Below the pieces are notes generated by a model that saw only the letters and a program-made list of their open reading frames with translations, was not told the origin of the DNA and searched no databases. 64,000 bases of DNA from assembly GCA_964291675.2 (NCBI GenBank), contig OZ219866.1, positions 768,001-832,000 on the forward strand, given 5' to 3'. Of the stretch, positions 1 to 8,731 are shown in pieces (the stretch's first letter is position 1; every line of letters begins with the position of its first letter). This DNA is from Alphaproteobacteria bacterium. Lineage in GTDB: Bacteria; Pseudomonadota; Alphaproteobacteria; MPNO01. The position numbers and the translations under genes are program-made.

Positions 1-2
1 TC

Positions 3-371
3 AACGCCAGCTCACGCAGCCTGTCCGCGCGGGCGCGGCGCCACGGTGCGGAACAGATCGGGCTCCCCGCCCCGGTGGCGTTCGAGCTCTACTACGGCGC
101 CTTCAAGAGCCGCGAGGGGAGCCGGAACCTCGGCCATCTCGACCGGATGGCGTTCGAGATCGTCCCCTTCGACGCGGCCGACGCGCGCGCGGCCGGCGTG
201 ATCCGCCGCGATCTCGAGGCCAGCGGGATGCCGATCGGCCCCTATGACGTGCTGATCGCCGGCCAGGCCCGGGCGCGGAATTTGGTGCTGGTCACCGCCA
301 ATACGCGCGAATTCGAGCGGGTGGACGGGTTGAAGCTCGAGGATTGGTCGACTCCCATGCCGGATGGTTGA
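3..371 (+). CDS. vapC: PIN-domain VapC-family toxin, 5'-truncated by the window edge
   Basis: Frame is open from the window start. Motifs ELYYGA, PFD..DA..AG.IR..LE..G.PIGPYD.LIAGQA....L.LVTAN.REF.RV.GL.LEDW are typical of VapC. Confidence 0.9.
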   Translation, partial: NASSRSLSARARRHGAEQIGLPAPVAFELYYGAFKSREGSRNLGHLDRMAFEIVPFDAADARAAGVIRRDLEASGMPIGPYDVLIAGQARARNLVLVTANTREFERVDGLKLEDWSTPMPDG

Positions 372-417
372 TCGGCCGTACCCCCGGTCAATTCGACGGG
401 GGGCGCCAACTTGCCGG

Positions 418-446
418 TTGGCCGGGAGGGGGCGAGCGGCGATAAT
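418..446 (+). promoter_or_regulatory. Putative sigma70 promoter of the AhpD/Mo-hydroxylase operon
   Basis: TTGGCC (418-423), 17-nt spacer, GATAAT (441-446); GAGGA RBS before ATG 473. Confidence 0.5.
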
Positions 447-472
447 CCGGGCGCCCACACGAGGATCGCGCC

Positions 473-1117
473 ATGCCCAATATCCGCATGCTCGACATCG
501 ACGAGCTCAAGGCGGGCAAGCTCCGCCCGCTGGTCAACAAGGCGCTGCGCCACCGCGCGCCCGACCCCGCCTTCCACGCCATGCTGGGCCACAGCCCGGA
601 CGTCGCGCGCACGATGTATCTCGCCTGGGGCGCGGTGTTCAACACCGGGCGGATCGACCACAAGCTCAAGGAAATCATCCGCGTCCAGCTCTCGCGGATG
701 GCCGCGTGCCGCTATTGAGGCAATGTCAGGTCTGCTTCGGCGAAGCAGCAGGGACTGACGGAAGAGACCATCGACGAGGGCATCGAATCCCATGCGTCAA
801 GCGACCGCTTCACCCCGGCCGAGAAGGTCGCGCTGCGCTACTCCGAGCTGATGGGGAGCGCGCCGGACAGGGTCGATGCCGCCCTCTACGCGGCGCTCGC
901 GGAGCACTATTCGGTCGAGGAGATCGTCGAGCTCGGCGCCTTCGTCGGCTTCAACGTCGGCTACCACACCTTCTTCGGGACGCTCGACTTCTACCCGATG
1001 TTCACCCCCGACGGTCGGCTTGTCGACCAGGCGGAGTCGCGGCGGATCTACGGCGAGACCCCGGTCTCGCTCAACCGGGGAGCGCTCGCGCGCGCCACCG
1101 GGGAAGCCGCCGAATGA
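473..1117 (+). CDS. AhpD/carboxymuconolactone decarboxylase-like selenoprotein (214 aa, Sec82 in C-R-Y-U)
   Basis: ORFs 473-718 and 851-1117 share a frame and are separated only by TGA 716-718. Read-through (GNVRSASAKQQGLTEETIDEG...RFTPAEK.ALRY) aligns without gaps to the downstream paralogue. A hairpin follows the TGA. Confidence 0.85.
725..759 (+). promoter_or_regulatory. Bacterial SECIS-like hairpin 3' of the UGA
   Basis: GTCAG(725-729)/CTGAC(755-759) lower stem; CTGCTTC(732-738)/GAAGCAG(742-748) upper stem; apical loop GGC starts about 20 nt after the UGA. Confidence 0.7.
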
Positions 1118-1662
1118 GCCTCCGCGGCACGCTCCCGCCGGTGCCTCGCGCGGCGATCGACGACCCGAAGCTCCAGGCGCTGATCGCGCGCTCGGAAGAG
1201 ACCGGCATCGCGGACTCGCGGTTCGTCCGGCTGCTCGCGCATGTGCCGGGCTATGCCGAGGCGCTGCACGACGCGCTCGACCGCTCGCTGATGGAAGGCG
1301 CGGTCGATCACAAGCTCAAGGAGATCGTCCGCGTCCAGCTCGCCCGGCTCGCCGGCGATCCCTACTTTTCCGCCTTCCGCTCGAAGCGGGCGCTGGAGGA
1401 CGGGCTAACCGAGGAGCGGATCGAGGCGGGGAGCGGCGATTTCGAGACTGACGCGCGCTTCACCCCCGCCGAAAAATGGGCGCTCCGCTACGGCTGGCTG
1501 ATGTACCGGGAGCCCGGGAAGGTCGACAAGGCGTTCTACGACGAGGGCAAAGCGCACTACTCCGAAGCCCAGATCGTCGAGCTCGGCGCCTTCATCGCCT
1601 TCCACTACGGCATGCAGATCTTTCTCGGCACCCTGGACCTGCCCGAAGAAGAAGGTGGCTGA
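1114..1662 (+). CDS. AhpD/CMD-like protein lacking the redox CxxC (DPYF instead), 182 aa
   Basis: ATGA overlap with the upstream stop; DHKLKEIVRVQLARLAG, GLTEERI, RFTPAEKWALRY and HYSEAQIVELGAF mirror the upstream gene. Confidence 0.85.
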   Translation: MSLRGTLPPVPRAAIDDPKLQALIARSEETGIADSRFVRLLAHVPGYAEALHDALDRSLMEGAVDHKLKEIVRVQLARLAGDPYFSAFRSKRALEDGLTEERIEAGSGDFETDARFTPAEKWALRYGWLMYREPGKVDKAFYDEGKAHYSEAQIVELGAFIAFHYGMQIFLGTLDLPEEEGG

Positions 1663-3964
1663 GACGCGGGTCGAGGATCCGCCGCTGCTGCGCGGGCGGG
1701 CCCGCTTCGTCGACGACATCCATCTGCCCAAAACCCTGCACGCGGCGTTCCTGCGCAGCCCGCTTGCGCATGCCGGGATTGCGGGCATCGACAAGAGCGC
1801 GGCCGAGGCGGCGCCTTGCGTGCACGCGGTGTGGACGCTCGACGATCTCCGCCCCCATCTCGCCGCCCACCGCCTCGTCGTCGGCCTGCCGAGCCCGTCC
1901 TACCGCCAGCACCGCGACCGGCCGCTGCTCGCCGACGGCGAGGTCGTCCATGTCGGCGAGGCGGTGGCGATGGTCGTTTCCGCCTCGCGCTACGCGGCCG
2001 AGGACGCGGCGACGCTGGTCGATGTCGCCTACGAGCCGCTCCCCGCCGTCGCCGACTGCCGCGACGCGCTGGCGCCGGAGGCGCCGCCCGTCCATCGCGG
2101 CGCCGACCACAACCTGCTCGCCGAGCTCGCCATGGAATTCGGCGACGTCGAGGCGGCGTTTGTCCGCGCGCACCGCATCTTCGCCCTGAATCTCTCCGTC
2201 CATCGCGGCGGCGGCCACTCGATCGAGGGGCGCGGCGCGCTCGCCCGCCACGACCCGGTCGACGACCTTCTGACGCTGTGGAGCTCGACCCAGACGCCGC
2301 ATGCCGGGCGCGACGCGATCGCCCGCATGCTGGGCCGCGGGACCCGCCGCGTCCGCGTCGTCACCCCGGCGGTCGGCGGCGGGTTCGGCCCCAAGCTCGT
2401 GACCTACCCGGAAGAGGTCGCCGTCGCGCTCGCATCCGTGCTGCTCGACCGGCCGGTCAAGTGGATCGAGGACCGGCGCGAGCACTTCGTCGCCAGCACC
2501 CAGGAGCGCGACCAGCACTGGGACATCGAGGCCGCGTTCGACACCGGGGGCCGCATCCTCGGGGTCCGCGGGACCATGCTGCACGATCACGGCGCCTATA
2601 CCGCGCGCGGCGCCAATCTGCCCTACGAGTCGGCGCTTACCGTGACGCTGCCCTACGACGTGCCGGCCTACCGGCTCACGGCCCGGGCGGCGCTCACCAA
2701 CAAGGTGCCGGTCACCCCGGTCCGGGGCGCCGGTCACCCGCAGGCGGTGTTCGCCATGGAACGCCTGCTGGATGCGGCGGCGGACGGGCTCGGCATCGGC
2801 CGCGCGGCGATCCGCGAACGCAACCTGATCGGCCCCGAACGCATGCCCTGCACCCGCCCGCTGGAGACCCGGGGCGGGCGCAAGGTGGTGCTCGACTCGG
2901 GCGACTATCCGGGCTGCATGAAGGCGGCGCTCGATGCCGCGGACTGGGACGGTTTTGCCGCCCGGCGCAAGGCGGCGAAGATGCTCGGGCTCGCGCGCGG
3001 CATCGGGCTTGCCAATTTCGTCAAGGGAACCGGGCGCGGGCCGTTCGAATCGGCCGCCGTCGCCATCGACCCGGCGGGCACGGTGTCGGTCGCTTCCGGC
3101 GCCGCCGCGATGGGCCAGGGGATCGAGACCATGCTCGCCGGCATCGTCGCCGAGACGCTCGGCTGCGACCGCGATCTGGTCAGGGTCACGGCGGGGGATA
3201 CAGGCGCGATCGCGCTCGGCATTGGCGGGTTCAACAGCCGCCAGGCGGTGACCGCGGGGAGCTCGGCCTTCAACGCAGCGCGCCGGGTACGCGACAAGGC
3301 GCTCGCCGTCGCCGCGCATCTCCTGGAGGCGGCGCAGGAGGATCTCGAAATGGCGGGCGGCGAGGTCCGGGTGCGTGGCGCGCCCGATCTCAGCGTCCCA
3401 CTCGGCCGGCTCGCCGAGACCGTGGGGGGCACGCCGGGGGTGACGCTGCCGGCGGGGATCGCGCCCGGGCTCGCGGCGGACGAATACACCGTGCTCGACG
3501 ACATGCCGTTCGCCAATGGCAGCGCGGTCGCGGAGGTGCAGATCGATCGCGAGACCGGGCACGCCGCCATCCATCGGCTCACGGTCGCGCACGATTGCGG
3601 GCGCATCGTGAACCGGGCGATCGTCGAAGGCCAGATCGTGGGCGGCGCGGCGCACGCCGTCGGCAACGCGCTCTATGAGTGGATGGGGTTCGACGACGAC
3701 GCCCAGCCGCTCACCGTGACGCTCGCCGACTACCTGCTGCCGGGTTCGACCGACGTGCCGAGGGTCGCTACGGTGCACATGGAATCGCCGAGCCCGCTCA
3801 ACCCGATCGGGGTCAAGGGGGTCGGCGAATGCGGCACCGTCCCCACCGCCGCCGCCATCGCCGCCGCGATCGAGGATGCGCTCGGCCTGCCCGGCGGCAC
3901 CGTGCAGCGCGTGCCGCTCGCCCCCGCCGACATCGGGAGGCTTGCCCGTGACCATACGCTTTGA
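1655..3964 (+). CDS. Xanthine dehydrogenase/CoxL-family molybdopterin-binding large subunit
   Basis: RVEDPPLLRGRARFVDD, VGGGFGPK, PVRGAGHP, MGQG, GVKGVGE motifs. Confidence 0.92.
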   Translation: MAETRVEDPPLLRGRARFVDDIHLPKTLHAAFLRSPLAHAGIAGIDKSAAEAAPCVHAVWTLDDLRPHLAAHRLVVGLPSPSYRQHRDRPLLADGEVVHVGEAVAMVVSASRYAAEDAATLVDVAYEPLPAVADCRDALAPEAPPVHRGADHNLLAELAMEFGDVEAAFVRAHRIFALNLSVHRGGGHSIEGRGALARHDPVDDLLTLWSSTQTPHAGRDAIARMLGRGTRRVRVVTPAVGGGFGPKLVTYPEEVAVALASVLLDRPVKWIEDRREHFVASTQERDQHWDIEAAFDTGGRILGVRGTMLHDHGAYTARGANLPYESALTVTLPYDVPAYRLTARAALTNKVPVTPVRGAGHPQAVFAMERLLDAAADGLGIGRAAIRERNLIGPERMPCTRPLETRGGRKVVLDSGDYPGCMKAALDAADWDGFAARRKAAKMLGLARGIGLANFVKGTGRGPFESAAVAIDPAGTVSVASGAAAMGQGIETMLAGIVAETLGCDRDLVRVTAGDTGAIALGIGGFNSRQAVTAGSSAFNAARRVRDKALAVAAHLLEAAQEDLEMAGGEVRVRGAPDLSVPLGRLAETVGGTPGVTLPAGIAPGLAADEYTVLDDMPFANGSAVAEVQIDRETGHAAIHRLTVAHDCGRIVNRAIVEGQIVGGAAHAVGNALYEWMGFDDDAQPLTVTLADYLLPGSTDVPRVATVHMESPSPLNPIGVKGVGECGTVPTAAAIAAAIEDALGLPGGTVQRVPLAPADIGRLARDHTL

Positions 3965-4835
3965 GGAGATCGGCGAGCGGCTGCGCGCCTTCCGGCTCGG
4001 CTCGGGGCTGAGCGCCGACGAGATCGCCGCCCGCATCGGCATCTCGCGCACCGCGCTCTACCGCTTCGAGAAAGGCCGGGTGGCGAAGATCGACGCGCTG
4101 GAAAAGCTCGCCGAGCTGCTCGACGTGTCGCTCCCGACCCTGCTCGGCGTCGGCGTCGAATATGTCGGCTCGGCGGTCAGCTTCTTCGAGCGGCTGCGCC
4201 AGATCGAGGCGACGGCGGAACACATCGTCGTGCTGGCGGGCCCGGTCTCCTTCCTGCTGTCGAGCGACGACTTCGTCGACACGCTGGAAGACGTGCTCGG
4301 CGAGAGCATCCCGGATGGCGGCGACGGGCGCGCCCGCGGCCTCGACCAGCTGGGCGAGCTGATGTCCATCCTGCGCCGGCGCAAGGAGACCTATCGCGAG
4401 CGCCGCCCGGGCGTGCTCAACCTGATCTCCGAGGCGGAGATGGGGCGGTTCCTGAGGAATGGCCTGGTCGGCCGCCTCGACCTGCCATCCGCCGTTCGCG
4501 ACGAGCGGCTTGCGCTCGCGCGCCGCGAGGCGCTGCATCTGGTGCGGCTGATGGAGGACGAGCCGATCGGCGTCCAGATCGGCCTCGTCCCCTCGACCCT
4601 GCCGCCGACCAGCTTCCAGATCTTCCGCCAGCCCGGCCGCAGGGTGCTGACGCTGAGCCCGTTCCGCCTCGGCGAGCAGCCCAACATCCACGCCGGGGTG
4701 GCGATGATCACCTCGGCACCCGAGGCGCTGGCGCTGCACGAGAAGACGGCGGAAGATTTGTGGCGCCGTGCCCGCAAGGGCCCGCGGGCGGCCGCCGCCA
4801 TGCGCGACCTGATCTCCCGCCACGCCCCGGGCTGA
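3948..4835 (+). CDS. XRE-family HTH transcriptional regulator with large C-terminal domain
   Basis: GTG 3948 after GGGAGG; IGERLRAFR..SGLS.DEIAARIGISRTALYRFEKG helix-turn-helix. Confidence 0.85.
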   Translation: MTIRFEEIGERLRAFRLGSGLSADEIAARIGISRTALYRFEKGRVAKIDALEKLAELLDVSLPTLLGVGVEYVGSAVSFFERLRQIEATAEHIVVLAGPVSFLLSSDDFVDTLEDVLGESIPDGGDGRARGLDQLGELMSILRRRKETYRERRPGVLNLISEAEMGRFLRNGLVGRLDLPSAVRDERLALARREALHLVRLMEDEPIGVQIGLVPSTLPPTSFQIFRQPGRRVLTLSPFRLGEQPNIHAGVAMITSAPEALALHEKTAEDLWRRARKGPRAAAAMRDLISRHAPG

Positions 4836-4851
4836 GGCGGGGCGCGAGTCT

Positions 4852-6162
4852 TCAAAAGCTGTAGACGAGGCTCCCGCCGATAAAGCTGTCGCGCCGCGTG
4901 TCGTGGATGGGGTCGTCGGGGTCGACGGCAAGAAAGACGGTGCCGTCGACCTTGGCGTCCCAGCTGTCCGAGAGGTTGCGCTTGACCTCGAATCCGAGCG
5001 CGTAGGTCTGGTAATCGGCATCGGCGATCAGGCTGGCCACGAGCTGGGTGCCCTCGACGTCGTTGAGGGCGAGGCGGCCGGCGACGAAGATCTCGTTCTG
5101 GAACTGGTCGGGCGAACGGCGCCCGCGCTCGTCGTAGCTCCACTCGGCGAGCACGCTGATATCGGCGTTCGACTCGAATACCCCGCCGAAGGTGTATTCG
5201 AAGCCGGCAACGAAGGCCCGGTAGTCGCGTCCTTTGCCCAACAGGTCGGCCGGAGGATCGGGCAGGGCCGGTGCGCCCTCGCGGTGGATGGCCTCCAGCT
5301 TCAACAGCCACGACTCCAGGGTGAGCTGGGCGTCGAGCCCGAACTGGCGGATCTGCGCGTAGTGCGGCACCAGGCGGTGCGGCACCGGGACGAAGCCGCC
5401 CATCCCGTCCGGCGCGATCCGGAAGGACGGGCGCAGCGACGGTTCGCGGGCGGTGCCGTCGAACAGGCTGAGCCCGAGATCGAGCGGCCCGAAGCTCCGG
5501 CTGAAGCGCGCGGCGAGGTCGACATGCCATTCCTCGGCCGCGCTCTCATAGGTCACCCGGCGCTCGTCCACCGTGAGTCCGCCGCGCAGCCGCCCGCCGG
5601 GCCCGGGCAGGGTGCGCTCGCGGTGCAGCGGCAGCACGAAGAACTCCAGCGTCCCCCACCCCGCCGTCCAGGTCAGATGGGCCATGAGCTGGCCCAGCGC
5701 GATCTCCTCGTTGGGGTGCTCGACCAGGTCGGCCTGGTTGACGATGTTGACCAGATGGTGGAATTCGGTCACCCCCCAGAACACCCGGTCGAAGCCGAGC
5801 CGTGCCTCCCACTCGCCCTCGCCGAGCTCGCCGAAGGCCAGCAGATAGGCCTCGCGCAAATCGGCGTGGGTGCGGTAGGCATCGGCGCTGTCGTAGCGGT
5901 AGAACGGCGTCAGGATGAAGCTCGCCCCGCTCTCGTGGTCGAGATGGAGCGTCGACTGCGCCGTGTAGCCGAGCGTCGCGTCCCGCTGGCCGGGATGCGC
6001 GGCTTCCTCGGGGAACCAGCGCCCTTCGAGCGCAAGCCGTCCGGAGAGCGACATGGCGAGCCCACCGGTATCGGCGGCGGCGGCGGCGGCGAGGACCGCC
6101 CAGGCGACGCCGATGGCAGCGGCGGCGGCGCTGCGGCGGCGGGACCGGCGCGTCAGCGGCAT
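4852..6162 (-). CDS. Secreted/outer-membrane beta-barrel-like hypothetical protein
   Basis: Basic then hydrophobic signal-like N-terminus; DLREAY, VFWGVTE, DIVNQ-like segments; aromatic C-terminus (..LVYSF). Confidence 0.7.
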   Translation of the reverse strand: MPLTRRSRRRSAAAAAIGVAWAVLAAAAAADTGGLAMSLSGRLALEGRWFPEEAAHPGQRDATLGYTAQSTLHLDHESGASFILTPFYRYDSADAYRTHADLREAYLLAFGELGEGEWEARLGFDRVFWGVTEFHHLVNIVNQADLVEHPNEEIALGQLMAHLTWTAGWGTLEFFVLPLHRERTLPGPGGRLRGGLTVDERRVTYESAAEEWHVDLAARFSRSFGPLDLGLSLFDGTAREPSLRPSFRIAPDGMGGFVPVPHRLVPHYAQIRQFGLDAQLTLESWLLKLEAIHREGAPALPDPPADLLGKGRDYRAFVAGFEYTFGGVFESNADISVLAEWSYDERGRRSPDQFQNEIFVAGRLALNDVEGTQLVASLIADADYQTYALGFEVKRNLSDSWDAKVDGTVFLAVDPDDPIHDTRRDSFIGGSLVYSF

Positions 6163-6322
6163 GAACTGCCCAACGGTTCAGGAGTTCCGTGCATCTGCAA
6201 CGGCGGAATCATACCCGCCTTCGCCTTTCTTGGCACTCGGGTTCGGCCTTGCGCGGATTTGCGGATGCCGGAGGGTCCGCTGCTGCTCGGGCTGTCCGGC
6301 ATCCGCCGGCGTGACGGCCCGG

Positions 6323-6814
6323 CTAGTCCGAGCGGGGGATTCTCGTCCATGCGCCGCCGCTCCAATACAGCAGAAAAGAGGATTTCCGGTAATCCGTGAA
6401 CTCGATGGTTTCGCGGTTCAGCCCGATCTCCTTCGGTTTCCCCGCGTCGCAATCCGGACCTTCCCCCGTGGCGCACGACGTGGGACGGGTGCCGCGGGGA
6501 ATCGTCCTGATCCCGTAATTGGCGAGCGCCCCGATCCCGCCCAGCTCGAAGATGGTGGACAGCCGGGTTCCGCCGTCGACGCAGGCCACCAGTGCCAGGG
6601 CGCCCGTTCTTTCCAGGAAGAACGCCTTGTCGAGGTTGCCGTCGCCATCGAAATCGCCGACCGCAATCAGGCCTCCGGACCCCGGGACGGCGCCGGGCGC
6701 ACGCTCCTTCACGCGATGGGCGGCGACCCCGTCGCACGCCCGCAGGTCCGGCGGTCCCGCGACCCAGACACCGAGTGCGAGCGACAACGCGAGCGCGGCT
6801 CTGCTGACTCTCAT
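6323..6814 (-). CDS. Secreted hypothetical protein with one FG-GAP/VCBS-like Ca-binding loop
   Basis: Signal-like N-terminus; VGDFDGDGNLD motif; four Cys. Confidence 0.6.
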   Translation of the reverse strand: MRVSRAALALSLALGVWVAGPPDLRACDGVAAHRVKERAPGAVPGSGGLIAVGDFDGDGNLDKAFFLERTGALALVACVDGGTRLSTIFELGGIGALANYGIRTIPRGTRPTSCATGEGPDCDAGKPKEIGLNRETIEFTDYRKSSFLLYWSGGAWTRIPRSD

Positions 6815-6988
6815 GGCGGATGCGTTCCCCGGTTCGCGGCTTCCCGGCGGCCGGCGCCGACAGGCAAGGCCCGCCCGCTCTGAGTGGTTATACTACTTCA
6901 GGCAGAAGCGCTACCGGCTCTCCGTGTTGCGGCGCGGCGGGACCCGTCCTATTGCCATGCCAACGGGGTAAGGGTATCGGGTGCCGCA

Positions 6989-7930
6989 ATGATACTGGTG
7001 ACCGGAGGGGCCGGTTTCGTCGGCTCCAACCTGATCGCGGGGCTGGAAGCGCGCGGGCATCGCGGGATCGCCGTCTGCGACCGGCTGGGCGCGGGTGCGA
7101 GATGGCGGAACCTCGCCCGGCGCGCCGTCGGCACCGTGTTCCCGCCGGAGCGGCTGAGCGGTTTCCTCGACGAGTCCGGCGGCGGCGTCGAGGCGGTGTA
7201 CCATATCGGGCTCCACGAAGGCGGCGGGGATGTCGACCGCATGCTGGAGTCCGGCTACCACGCGGCGGCCGAGCTGTGGGCGTGGTGCGCCGCGAACGGG
7301 GTGCGCTTCTTCTGGGCCTCGACCGCGGAGACCTATGGCGACGGCAGCGCCGGGTTCGACGACGATATCGACGAGGTCGCGCTCGCCCGGCTGGTTCCGT
7401 CGACCGCGCGGGGCTGGGCCAGGCATTTGTTCGACCGCGCGGTGGCGCGCACCGTCTCCGCCGGGTCGCCGCGCCCGCCGCAATGGGCCGGGCTCAAGCT
7501 GTTCGACGTCTACGGGCCGAACGAGTACCACAAGGACGAGCCGTCCCTGCCGCTGATGCTGTGGCGCGGCACGGCCCCGCCCGGGATCGATCGCGGGACC
7601 CGGCGCGACCTGGTGTGGATCGGGGATTGCGTCGCCGTGATGCTGTGGCTGCTCGACAACAAGGAGGTCAGCGGTTTGTTCAATGTCGGGACCGGACAGG
7701 GCCGGCGCATCGGCGAGGTCGCGGCCGCCCTGGGCGCGGCTGCGCGCCGCGAGGTCGGGCTTCCGGCGGACACGACACCGGAAACGCCCCGCGTGCGGTT
7801 TCGCCATTCCACCGAAGCCCGGATGCAGCGGTTGCGCAGCGCCGGGTACGACGAAGCATTCCTGCCGATCGAGGACGGCATCGGTCGCTATGTCGGAGAG
7901 TTTCTCTCCCGCGGCGAAGCCCATCTGTAG
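6989..7930 (+). CDS. HldD/RfaD-like NAD-dependent epimerase, divergent
   Basis: MILVTGGAGFVGSNL, TYGDG..GFDD, PPQWAGLK.F.VYGPNEYHK, SGLFNVGTG; catalytic YxxxK is replaced. Confidence 0.8.
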   Translation: MILVTGGAGFVGSNLIAGLEARGHRGIAVCDRLGAGARWRNLARRAVGTVFPPERLSGFLDESGGGVEAVYHIGLHEGGGDVDRMLESGYHAAAELWAWCAANGVRFFWASTAETYGDGSAGFDDDIDEVALARLVPSTARGWARHLFDRAVARTVSAGSPRPPQWAGLKLFDVYGPNEYHKDEPSLPLMLWRGTAPPGIDRGTRRDLVWIGDCVAVMLWLLDNKEVSGLFNVGTGQGRRIGEVAAALGAAARREVGLPADTTPETPRVRFRHSTEARMQRLRSAGYDEAFLPIEDGIGRYVGEFLSRGEAHL

Positions 7931-7936
7931 GCCGGG

Positions 7937-8731
7937 GTGACGGTGTACGCGATCGCCTTTCCCGCCATCGACCCGGTCGCCGTCGAGATCGGACCGCTGG
8001 CGGTCCGCTGGTACGCGCTCGCCTATGTGGCGGGAATCCTCCTCGGCTGGCGCTACATGATCGTCCTCGCGCGGCGATCCCCGGCCGGGGTCGCGCCGCG
8101 CGATGTCGACGACTTCGTGCTGTGGGCGACGCTCGGCATCGTGCTCGGCGGACGTCTCGGCTACGTGCTTTTCTACCGGCCCGGCGACTACCTGGCGGAC
8201 CCGCTCTCCGCCTTCGCCCTGTGGCAGGGCGGGATGTCGTTTCACGGCGGTCTGTGCGGCGTGGTGCTCGCCGCCTTCGTCTTCGCCTGGCGGCGCGGCG
8301 TTCCCTGGCTCGCGCTCGGCGATTTGGTGAGCGCGGCGGCGCCGATCGGCCTGTTCTTCGGCCGGCTCGCCAACTTCGTCAACGGCGAGCTCTACGGACG
8401 GCCGACGACGGTGCCCTGGGGCATGGTGTTCCCCGGCGCCGGGGCTGCGCCGCGCCATCCGAGCCAGCTCTACGAGGCGGCGCTCGAGGGGCTGGCGCTG
8501 TTCGCGCTCTGCGCCGGCGTCGTCTTCCTGCTGCGCGGGCTGGAGCGGGCGGGCCTGGTCGCCGGCGTGTTCCTCGCCGGCTACGCCGTCGCCCGAATGG
8601 CGGCGGAGCTGTTCCGCCAGCCCGACGCCCATCTCGGCTTCCTGATCGGCGGGGCGACGATGGGCCAGCTGCTCTCGGTCCCGGTGCTGCTCGCCGGTGT
8701 CTGGCTGGTCTGGCGGGCGCGGCCCCGATGA
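7937..8731 (+). CDS. lgt: Prolipoprotein diacylglyceryl transferase
   Basis: VRWYALAY, GGRLGYVLFY, WQGGMSFHGG, GRLANFVNGEL, RHPSQLYEA. Confidence 0.97.
   Translation: MTVYAIAFPAIDPVAVEIGPLAVRWYALAYVAGILLGWRYMIVLARRSPAGVAPRDVDDFVLWATLGIVLGGRLGYVLFYRPGDYLADPLSAFALWQGGMSFHGGLCGVVLAAFVFAWRRGVPWLALGDLVSAAAPIGLFFGRLANFVNGELYGRPTTVPWGMVFPGAGAAPRHPSQLYEAALEGLALFALCAGVVFLLRGLERAGLVAGVFLAGYAVARMAAELFRQPDAHLGFLIGGATMGQLLSVPVLLAGVWLVWRARPR

Noticed and set aside
473-1117. Two separate small genes (473-718 and 851-1117) or a nonsense pseudogene
   Set aside because: The stop falls exactly at a catalytic Cys position, a hairpin follows it, and the sequence between the two ORFs aligns to the paralogue; Sec read-through explains all three.
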